A stretch of DNA of 32,000 nucleotides from Opitutales bacterium (GTDB lineage Bacteria > Verrucomicrobiota > Verrucomicrobiia > Opitutales > PNEW01), in NCBI GenBank assembly GCA_965219535.1, contig CBDCNV010000001.1:2126099-2158098 (forward strand). Direction: 5' to 3'. Numbering within the stretch: the first letter of the stretch is position 1; each line of letters begins with the position of its first letter. Position numbers and translations under genes: made by a program. The notes under the pieces were generated by a model. It saw only the letters and a program-made list of their open reading frames with translations. It searched no databases and was not told the DNA's origin. Positions 1-7,551 of this stretch are shown piece by piece.

Positions 1-402
1 AGGTGTTAACACGAGGCGTTCGACAGAGTCGAGAAACAGGTTATAGGGAATGATAACCCTCTCTCCCAGATCATTGGAGATGTCTAGGTTACCATCTCCT
101 ATCCTCAAATAGTACACATGAATGACCATCCCCAACAGGTTCTTCAAATGTATGTTCTTGGTCTTCCCGAACTCGTCTGTGACATCCAAATTCCAGCCAC
201 GCAGATGGATGGGTAATTTGTTCCCACCCGGGTCGGCTTCCGCGATCGTCGTGGCAATATCGCGGGCTGGGTGTACAAGGGACTTGAATTGGTAGGTCTG
301 CCTCGTGAAGGACGACCCTCCCGTCAACGGCAACGCAAATTGTTGTTCCCGTAATTGTACAAGGTTTTGGCGCAGTAACTCGACTTGGTCTACCAAGAGC
401 AT
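1..402 (-). CDS. hypothetical protein, N-terminal 134 codons (3' end lies beyond the window edge)
   Basis: Own translation. ATG at 402-400 on the minus strand, then no stop in that frame down to position 1 (MLLVDQVELLRQNLVQLREQQFALPLTGG...). It is missing from the ORF track only because it has no stop inside the window. No family recognised. Confidence 0.5.
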   Translation of the reverse strand, partial: MLLVDQVELLRQNLVQLREQQFALPLTGGSSFTRQTYQFKSLVHPARDIATTIAEADPGGNKLPIHLRGWNLDVTDEFGKTKNIHLKNLLGMVIHVYYLRIGDGNLDISNDLGERVIIPYNLFLDSVERLVLTP

Positions 403-539
403 CGTTTTGATCTATCCTTCATCCACTCTACACATTCTGATATCCACCACCAGTGTGACATCGCCCAAAATCGGCTGGTAACCCTACTGACCTGCACCCA
501 CAAGTGATACCAGCCGCTAAGTTAGAGTCGGAATCATGT

Positions 540-811
540 GGAGTCAAGCCCATGGGAGTGAACTCCCAACCTGCGTCTTGGGCAGAAAGGCCTCCTTACT
601 CCATCCGCCACCAGTAGTACGTTTGCTCCGCCACCCCTATTCGTTTGCATACTTGGCCGACACTCTCACCCTTGAACCAGAGCCACCTCCGCCTCACGCA
701 GCATGATGATGATCTGCTCGGGTATAAACGGCTTCCTTGCCATGCCCAGCCTCTTTCCTGAAATCGAAGTTCCTAACAATTAATCTGGCCTAGTTTTAGG
801 GAGCAAGGTCA
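540..811 (-). mobile_element. IS3-family (IS407-like end) remnant: terminal inverted repeat plus decayed orfA
   Basis: The minus strand from 811 reads TGACCTTGCTCCCTAAAACTAGGCCAG. This is close to the left end of the intact IS at 20180 (TGACCTGTCCCCGTAAAACTGGACCAG). ATG at 743 opens MARKPFIPEQIIIMLREAEVALVQG. After a frameshift it continues GESVGQVCKRIGVAEQTYYWWRME(TAA)GG, an IS3 OrfA helix-turn-helix with one frameshift and one in-frame stop. The inner boundary is approximate. Confidence 0.6.
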
Positions 812-814
812 AGA

Positions 815-2107
815 TGGTCGTGACCACGAAAACTGGGACAGTTGAAAAGTTAGTCTGAGTAACCTGGAAAGGACTCAGACAATGAAAGGCAAAAAATACA
901 CCACCGAAGAGAAGATACGTATATTGCGGCAAGCAGACAGAGGCAAATCGATCCAGGAAGTGTGCCGGGAGAATAACGTCAGCGAACAGACCTACCACCG
1001 TTGGAAGCGTGAGTTTGGGATGATAGATGTCAACCAGCCCAAGCGGATGAAGGAACTCTTTGAAAGAGAACGTGCGATTAAAACGGATGCTAGCGGACAA
1101 GCTGCTGGGGATAGAGATTTTGCGGGAGATCCTCGAAAAAAATGGTAGATGTCGCTTACGCTCGGTAGTAAGCGCTGGGCACAAGAAGCAAGTGGCAGAG
1201 AGACTTGTGGGCCGGGACCATTGTTCGATGCGTGCAGCGTGCCGATACTTTCACCTGCACCGTTACACCTATGCGTATCGGGCGAACGTATCCGGATGGC
1301 TGGCTAACGAAACTGAAGGCGGAAGTAAGGCGGTTATCACGGCAATACGCGAGGTGGGGCTATGCGAAGAACACGAAGCTGTTGAAGGACGAAGGTAGGT
1401 GGGTGGGTAAACGGCTCGTGCAAGGTCTGCGACGTGAACTGGGTCTGAGCTATAACCCCACGCAAGCCAAGGCGTCGGCGAAGGGGTGTCTGCACTGGGC
1501 TGCCGACCCTGTTTGGACCTGGGATTTTATCCACGAAAAGACGATCCGCAGGGGGGAATCTCAAAATGCTGACCGCGCTCGACGAGTAGACCCGCGAGTG
1601 CCGGGTGATCCATGTCGATCGCCATATCAATGCGGAGACGGTGCGCGGTATCATGCAAAAAATGATCGAGAGGCATGGACCGCCACAATATATTCGCAGC
1701 TACAACGGTTCCGAGTTCATTGAAAGGGAATTGCGAGCTTGGCTAGCTGCGATGAAAATCAAAACCCTCTATATCGAACCAGGAAGTCCTTGGCAGAACG
1801 GATACATCGAATCTTTCCATGCCCGTTTTCGCGAGGAGTGCTTAAACCGTGAGCAGTTATGGACTTTGACCGAAGCCCGCGTGGTGATCGGGGATTGGCG
1901 CTGGCTTTACAATTATGTAAAGCCCCCACCGCAGTCTCGGCAATATCACCACACGGCGCTTTGCTGAAAACCTCAAGACCGAAGGCTCGGGCTCCACTCG
2001 GGCTACGCCCTCATTGCGCCAAGTCTTGACTTCCTCCACCAACTTAACTTCAACATTAACCTCTCCAGACTAACTCTCACAGTGGACCAGTTTGTGTAAC
2101 CCGACCA
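815..2107 (+). mobile_element. IS3-family insertion sequence, copy A (diverged, decayed)
   Basis: The ends match copies B and C. Left: TGGTCGTGACCACGAAAACTGG...GTTAGTCTG at 815. Right: ...CCAGACTAACTCTCACAGTGGACCAGTTTGTGTAACCCGACCA ending at 2107. Together they form an imperfect ~43-bp terminal inverted repeat of TG...CA type. Confidence 0.85.
882..1967 (+). pseudogene. IS3-family transposase, multiply frameshifted with internal deletions (copy A)
   Basis: Track ORFs 882..1148, 1060..1398, 1205..1723 and 1605..1967 are successive pieces of the 403-aa protein of copy B, split over three frames. The segment around LPTKAEHPDHVWTWDF is shortened. The DDE-region motifs PWQNGYIESFHARFREECLN are retained. 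Confidence 0.85.
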
Positions 2108-2243
2108 ATCTGTTCCTTATTCTTTTCATTGAGGTTATCGGTTTATCCCGATAACCTCTTTCTGTAAATGATACGATTTTAGGGGTCACGCCACGTTACC
2201 CAGACTAACTTTCCGATCGGCACAGTTTCCGTGCTCACGACCA
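2108..2243 (-). mobile_element. solo left end plus 5' leader of a third, related IS3-family element, cut off by copy A
   Basis: The minus strand from 2243 reads TGGTCGTGAGCACGGAAACTGTGCCGATCGGAAAGTTAGTCTGGG, a diverged version of the copy A/B/C left repeat. It is followed by a leader containing a perfect 11-bp-stem hairpin (GAGGTTATCGG/CCGATAACCTC, 2131-2157) and by ATGAAAAGAATAAGGAACAGAT (MKRIRNR), which abuts the copy A end at 2107/2108. Confidence 0.6.
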
Positions 2244-2332
2244 ACTTGGTTAAGCGTTAATCTGTTGATTATATTCATAAATATAAATCGCATCTAATAA
2301 AGTGGTCACAGACGAGGGTAAATTTAATTCTG

Positions 2333-3652
2333 CTATAATATATTTTCATCATAATCATATTGAATGCTTTGAAGTACCTGAGTAGTCTTATACTGATTAC
2401 CTTTTCTAGTAGTTCTCCCGCACTCTGCAATTAGATGTAATCGTCTCTTCGCTCTTGAACAAATTACATAGAGTAATTTTGACGCACGATCTATTGCTTT
2501 TTCACCATCTCTATTATAAATGTCTTGCCAATTTGGGATATACCCTTGAAGGAGCCCAAAACAGATAACCGTATCATATTCTTCACCCTTAATACCATGG
2601 CATGTATTAACGACAACACCTGAAGGATGTTTGAATAGCTTTTTTAGCGATTCAACGTCACGCGGCACTCGACCCTCTGATTTTTCAATAAGATTATCAG
2701 CTTCCTTAAAAAATTTGGAATAATCTTCATAAAAAGTTTTATGGCTATGAATATCAATTGCTAATTTGCATATTAGACTTTGAAATACATGCTGAAGAAA
2801 TTCTAGACCATCGATCACTTGAGAATGAATCGAGTTGATAAGTCGTAAAAAAGTACGTGCCTGTCTATATGCTGCTGGTATTACAATGCCATAATTCTTG
2901 TCTAAATCATTAATTACTTCTTTCGCCCAACGGTGACGAGTTCTAAAATAAGAAGGTGACGGTGTCGTCAAGAATAGGCGAGCTATCTTAAACCAAATAC
3001 TGTCTCTCTGGGCGTACAAGGGAGAGAGTCCTGGTGCTTCAAAATCAACATTTGGTAGTAGTTGTACAAGTGATCGACCTAATGCTCTAACATGCCACCA
3101 ATGAGGGGCTAATACACAGATCTCATTTTGTTGAATTCCTTCTTTGAGTGCATATTTAATCAATTTTGCAATGAACGATGGAATCTCCTTTTGATCTATG
3201 CATTGATTATGAAAAGTAATGGCTCCTTGTTCATTAACATAACTTGTCCTTGAATTAATTGTTGAATTTGTAGATCTAAATAAACAAAAGTAATCTATTA
3301 AACGCTGAGTTGACCTATAATTACCAGTGAGCTCAAAACGAGTCAGCTTATCGAGACCAAACTCCTCTGCTATTTCTTCAATATTTTTTGCAACACCTCC
3401 CAATGATTCGTAGATCGCTTGGTCAGCATCACCAACACATAACAATATTGGTGTAGTGTTAGAATACTTTACAATTGAAGCCAGGATGGCATATTGAAGA
3501 TCTTGTGTGTCTTGCATTTCATCAATACACAACAAGCGAATAATTTCCCCAATTGTATTAGATATTTCCGGAATGCGTTGTTGTAATTCATACGCGAAAT
3601 ACAAAACTTGGTCGTAATCAATCAGTTTCTCTCTTCGCAAAATTTTGTGGTA
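2333..3652 (-). pseudogene. UvrD/Rep-type superfamily 1 helicase, 5'-truncated by IS copy B (lacks Walker A/motifs I-Ia)
   Basis: SF1 motifs occur in order: IDEMQDT (II), VGDADQAIYESLGG (III), GNYRST (IV), TCHGIKGEEYDTV (V), LLYVICSRAKRRLHL (VI). The reading frame stays open up to the IS end at 3653. No N-terminal half is found on the other side of the IS. The region is visibly more AT-rich than its neighbours. Confidence 0.8.
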
Positions 3653-4940
3653 TTGGTCGGGTTACACAAACTGGTCCACTGAGAGAGTTAGTCTGGAGAG
3701 GTTAATGTTGAAGTTAAGTTGGTAGAGGAAGTCAAGGCTTGGGCGCAATGAGGGCGTAGCCCGAATGGAGCCCGAGCCTTCGGTATTGAGGTTTTGAGCG
3801 AAACGTTGTGGAGTAATATTGCCGAGGCTGCGGTGGGGTCGAACATGATTGTAAAGCCAGCGCCAATCTTCGATCACCACGCGGGCTTCGGTCAAAGTCC
3901 ACAGCTGTTCACGATTTAGACACTCCTCGCGAAAACGGGCATGGAACGATTCGATGTATCCGTTCTGCCAAGGGCTTCCTGGTTCGATATAGAGGGTATT
4001 GATTTTCATCGCAGTTAGCCAAGTTCGCAATTCCTTTTCAATAAACTCGGAACCGTTATCGCTGCGAATATATTTTGGCGGCCCATGAGGGTCGAGCAGT
4101 TTTTGCATGACCCCGCGCACCTTCTGTGCATTGATATGGCGATCGACATGGATCACCCGGCACTCGCGGGTGTACTCGTCAAGGACGGTGAGCATTTTGA
4201 GATTCCCACCGCGGACCGTCTTATCGTGGATAAAGTCCCAGGTCCAAACATGGTCGGGATGTTCGGCCTTCGTCGGCAGCCCGGTGGAGACACCCCTGCG
4301 CCGGCGTCTTGGCTTGCGTGGGGGAATCGCCAGGCCCAGTTCACGTCGCAGACCTTGCACGAGCCGTTTACCCACCTGCCAGCCTTCGTCCTTCAACAGC
4401 TTCGTGATCTTCGGATAGCCCCACCTCGCGTATTGCCGTGATAACCGCCTTACTGCCGCCTTCAGTTTCGTTAGCCAGGCATCAGGATACTTCGCCCGAT
4501 ACGCATAGGTGGAGCGGTGCAGGTGAAAGTATCGGCACGCTCCACGTATCGAACACTGGCCCCGGGCCACAAGTCTCTCTGCCACTTGCCGCTTGTGCCC
4601 AGGGCTTACAGTTTTTTTTCGAGCGTCTCCTGCACAATCTCTATCCCCAGCAGCTTGTCCGCCAGCATCCGCTTTAACCGCGCGTTCTCCTTCAAAGAGT
4701 TCCTTCATCCGCTTGGCCTGGTTGACATCAATCATCCCAAGTTCACGTTTCCAGCGGTGGAAGGTCTGTTCGCTTATGTTGTTCTCGCGGCATACTTCCA
4801 GGATCGTTTTCCCTTTGTCTGCCTGCCGCAGCATCCGTATCTTCTCTTCGGTTGTATATCTTTTGCCTTTCATTGTCTGAGTCCTTTCTAGGTGTCCCAG
4901 ACTAACTTTTCTAGTGGACCAGTTTTCGTGGTCACGACCA
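3653..4940 (-). mobile_element. IS3-family insertion sequence, copy B (apparently intact, single long ORF)
   Basis: TGGTCGGGTTACACAAACTGGTCCACTGAGAGAGTTAGTCTGG starts at 3653, and the reverse complement of TGGTCGTGACCACGAAAACTGGTCCACTAGAAAAGTTAGTCTGG ends at 4940. I found no matching flanking direct repeat (flanks ...GTGGTAT and CATTCTA...). Confidence 0.9.
3662..4873 (-). CDS. IS3-family transposase (403 aa: HTH N-terminus plus DDE integrase core in one frame)
   Basis: Track ORF. HTH: EVCRENNISEQTFHRWKRE. DDE core: WTWDFIHDKT, IRSDNGSEF, PWQNGYIESFHARFREECLN, RPHRSLG. The leucine-zipper segment (LKENARLKRMLADKLLGIEIVQETLEKKL) is readable only in the +1 frame. Confidence 0.9.
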   Translation of the reverse strand: MKGKRYTTEEKIRMLRQADKGKTILEVCRENNISEQTFHRWKRELGMIDVNQAKRMKELFEGERAVKADAGGQAAGDRDCAGDARKKTVSPGHKRQVAERLVARGQCSIRGACRYFHLHRSTYAYRAKYPDAWLTKLKAAVRRLSRQYARWGYPKITKLLKDEGWQVGKRLVQGLRRELGLAIPPRKPRRRRRGVSTGLPTKAEHPDHVWTWDFIHDKTVRGGNLKMLTVLDEYTRECRVIHVDRHINAQKVRGVMQKLLDPHGPPKYIRSDNGSEFIEKELRTWLTAMKINTLYIEPGSPWQNGYIESFHARFREECLNREQLWTLTEARVVIEDWRWLYNHVRPHRSLGNITPQRFAQNLNTEGSGSIRATPSLRPSLDFLYQLNFNINLSRLTLSVDQFV

Positions 4941-4964
4941 CATTCTAAAGAGAGAGAAAGAGAA

Positions 4965-5321
4965 ATGAAATACGCAATTATAGATAATCAAAACAAAGTG
5001 CTTAACGTGATCGAGCTGGAGAGACCAGAAGATTACGTGAGTGAACATACTTTAGTCCGTGCGGATAATTTAATCATTTCAAAAAGCGATTCCTATGACT
5101 CGGTAAAATCTGAATTTAAAAGAGCGCCCGTTGACTCTTCAGCTGAGCAAAACAGACAGGCCAAAGAGGATATTAAAATCACAGACCAACAAGCGGCCCA
5201 AACACTCGATAGCTTTATAAAGTTTTTAACTACTAAGGAAATCATCACTCAAAGCGAACTACCCTCTGAAATTGCCGAATGGCAAAATAAACGAGCATCA
5301 GCCCTTCAGACGGTAGAATGA
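4965..5321 (+). CDS. phage-associated hypothetical protein (118 aa)
   Basis: This is track ORF 4914..5321 trimmed to the ATG at 4965 (MKYAIIDNQNKVLNVIELE...), because the upstream codons lie in or next to the IS end. It is 3 nt from the next gene and is the first gene of the co-directional tail cassette. Confidence 0.55.
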   Translation: MKYAIIDNQNKVLNVIELERPEDYVSEHTLVRADNLIISKSDSYDSVKSEFKRAPVDSSAEQNRQAKEDIKITDQQAAQTLDSFIKFLTTKEIITQSELPSEIAEWQNKRASALQTVE

Positions 5322-5324
5322 TAA

Positions 5325-7076
5325 ATGCTGGTAACGACCGAGAGTTTTAACGGCGAAACGCTGCATCTGATCCTCCTCGAGCCCACCTGGGACCGTGGAA
5401 TCCAGATTGAGCACAGGCATCAGACTTTTTTAGATGAGGGTTTGTCCGGGCGAGAGAGTCGCAGCCAGGCGAGCGGTACCATACGGCTGACAGAAACCTG
5501 CAGCTATATCCTGGAAGCATCTGAGGGTGAGAGCCTACGCGTTCATCTAGCGAGTCTCGGTGATGATCGAGTGGCCATCCCCTTATGGCCAGATGCGTTG
5601 GTTGAAGATCCGTTTAATAATATACGTGTCTACCAGGGAGAGGTTGTGGTGAACTATGACGATGCCGGTCAAGCCATTCATTTTAACAGCGCTCTACCAT
5701 CGCCACTGCCATTCACAAAGATTGCACCGCTTCTGATCGGACGATTGAGGGATCGACCGCGCATCGAGGCGCTGACGGATAACAAATGTCGTGTGACTAT
5801 TTCTGTCATCGAGGAGGGTCCCTGGGCATACCGTATTTCACCTCGTGATCCTGGTGTCGGCGCAAATTGGCCAGCACTGCTCGAACCTAATTGGGCAAAA
5901 GTCATGGACCTAAGTCGTGATGGCTTGAGCTACGTTGATATAGGTAAAGGCCGTGTTAAGGCAGTTGAAGGGGACGATGTTGTTATGCGTTGGGGGCAAG
6001 AGGTAGAGATCCTCCTTGAAACACGACTGATGACCAGAAACCTGGTGAGTTTTTATAATGTTAAACGTGGCCGATATGGTGCATTCGATATGCCTCTTTG
6101 GTTTCAGCCCGGATCAGATAGTGCGAGCACACCCTTTAATACGAAAGTTCGCTTCGCATCCGACAACCTTGTAATTAATTACATGACGGATGTCGTCGCC
6201 AGGTGCGAACTTCGATTCTGGCAGTTGCCCTCGGAAATTACACCACCGGTTGGTGAAGTCGCCGAACAACCAGCCCAGGCATTTCTCTATACTTTTACCT
6301 ACGACCTGCCAACTGCTCAAATCTCCCGTTATACTTCATACGAAAGTTCATTGACAGGTCCGGGCGGTGTCCACACATCACAAACGATTGAGCACGGCAA
6401 TTTTCGTAAGAGTATGATCCTTGAGAGAGAAGAGGTTGAAATAATCACACACATATTTACGGGAAATTCTCTGCTTTTATTTGTTCCGTTTAACCTGGAG
6501 AAACCTCTCAAAGTAACGATTGAAGAAGCGGACCCGCTCGATGCCGTTAATGCTAAGACGATTTTTTCAGGAGAGATCAAATCGGCAAGAATTGAAGGTA
6601 AACGCGTAATAGCAAAGGCAGTGGCATTCGGTGGTGCTCTGGATCGAATGTTCCCACGGTTTCTGATCCAGCCAACCTGTAACTACATCGTTTTTGATGA
6701 TACCTGCGGCCTTAACAAAGCGAATTTCTTGGAGACTTCAACGATCAGTATTATTAACGGCAGCCAGATTACTATTCAAACCGTAGCCCAGGGCAATGAC
6801 TACTATGCTGGTGGTTGGATCGAAACGGGTACCGGCGCAAATTTTGAGACTAGACCTATACTCTCAAATATCGGTGCTCAGTTCGAAATCTTAAAGCCTC
6901 TGAAAAATGCGGTCGTCACTCAGTCAATTGATTTTTACCCAGGGTGCGATGGTCAGGCATCAACGTGTAAGACAAAATTTAGTAACTTAATTAATTTCGG
7001 AGGGCATCCGTTCGTGCCAATGCAAAATCCCACGCTCAAGGCAATGGACCGGCAGACGGACGTGAGGAAGAAATGA
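5325..7076 (+). CDS. phage/GTA-type tail-tip hub protein; C-terminal half is DUF2163/'BR0599'-like (lambda gpL / RcGTA g13 class), N-terminal half possibly g12/gpM-like
   Basis: The C-terminal signature YPGCDGQASTCKTKFSNLINFGGHPFVPMQNPT matches the BR0599-family ending (C..C..F.N..NFGG.P..P..NP). It sits directly upstream of the NlpC/P60 and J-like genes, as in lambda L-K-J and RcGTA g13-g14-g15. The N-terminal assignment is inference. Confidence 0.7.
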   Translation: MLVTTESFNGETLHLILLEPTWDRGIQIEHRHQTFLDEGLSGRESRSQASGTIRLTETCSYILEASEGESLRVHLASLGDDRVAIPLWPDALVEDPFNNIRVYQGEVVVNYDDAGQAIHFNSALPSPLPFTKIAPLLIGRLRDRPRIEALTDNKCRVTISVIEEGPWAYRISPRDPGVGANWPALLEPNWAKVMDLSRDGLSYVDIGKGRVKAVEGDDVVMRWGQEVEILLETRLMTRNLVSFYNVKRGRYGAFDMPLWFQPGSDSASTPFNTKVRFASDNLVINYMTDVVARCELRFWQLPSEITPPVGEVAEQPAQAFLYTFTYDLPTAQISRYTSYESSLTGPGGVHTSQTIEHGNFRKSMILEREEVEIITHIFTGNSLLLFVPFNLEKPLKVTIEEADPLDAVNAKTIFSGEIKSARIEGKRVIAKAVAFGGALDRMFPRFLIQPTCNYIVFDDTCGLNKANFLETSTISIINGSQITIQTVAQGNDYYAGGWIETGTGANFETRPILSNIGAQFEILKPLKNAVVTQSIDFYPGCDGQASTCKTKFSNLINFGGHPFVPMQNPTLKAMDRQTDVRKK

Positions 7077-7092
7077 AATTATATTTTGATAG

Positions 7093-7551
7093 TCTGAACG
7101 TCTTGATAGGCTTCAAGCTGAAGCAGAGAGTTGGCGTGGCACTCCTTTCTTCCCTCATAGCCGGGCTAAAGGAAAAGGCGGCGGTGTTGACTGTGTTAAT
7201 ATCTGCCATGAAATCTACCCTGCTTGTGGAGTGATGGATCGGTGTGAGATCCCACCATTCCCTATGGATTGGAGCAGCCATAAGTCCGAAAGTGTATTGC
7301 TTAAATATCTTGAAACATTGCCTAAGACGAAAGGCAGGTTGGAAAAGTTACCACCAACAGCCTATGCTTTGCCAGGTGATCTTCTCGCGTTTGAGATCGG
7401 TAAATGTGTTCATCACTTGGGCGTTCGGTTACTAAGGAATCGATTTATACACTGTATGAAACCCTACGGTGTGCTTTTAACACCCACTAATGAAAAGGAA
7501 TTTTCAGAGCGGTTGAAATGGATATTCCGACCACTTGAAAACCTTGCGTAA
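7093..7551 (+). CDS. phage cell-wall peptidase, NlpC/P60 family (lambda gpK / RcGTA g14 class); 5' end out of frame with the only coupled ATG (7073)
   Basis: Own translation of the frame containing track ORF 7231..7551, extended upstream: SERLDRLQAEAESWRGTPFFPHSRAKGKGGGVDCVNICHEIY...GDLLAFEIGKCVHHLGV...FIHC. The catalytic Cys and His motifs are present. There is no ATG, GTG or TTG in this frame between the stops at 7087-7092 and the GTG at 7231. Confidence 0.75.
   Translation, partial: SERLDRLQAEAESWRGTPFFPHSRAKGKGGGVDCVNICHEIYPACGVMDRCEIPPFPMDWSSHKSESVLLKYLETLPKTKGRLEKLPPTAYALPGDLLAFEIGKCVHHLGVRLLRNRFIHCMKPYGVLLTPTNEKEFSERLKWIFRPLENLA

Noticed and set aside
1-3652. The idea that the partial ORF at 1-402 and the UvrD-like helicase once formed a two-gene (defence-type) operon. 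They have the same orientation and are now separated only by IS material.
   Set aside because: Their base composition differs markedly (about 50% against roughly one-third G+C by eye). The ORF at 1-402 has no recognisable domain. The IS junctions lack target duplications, so the present adjacency may be secondary.
4085-4891. Long ORFs antisense to the transposase genes: 4085..4441, 4107..4418, 4438..4677, 4517..4891 and 4593..4880, with their mirror images 780..1184, 1337..1654, 29330..29746, 29743..30216 and 29766..30077.
   Set aside because: They recur only because the IS is repeated. They have Arg/Pro/Ser-rich, low-information sequences with no recognisable motifs. They overlap a frame with clear transposase homology, so they are shadow ORFs.
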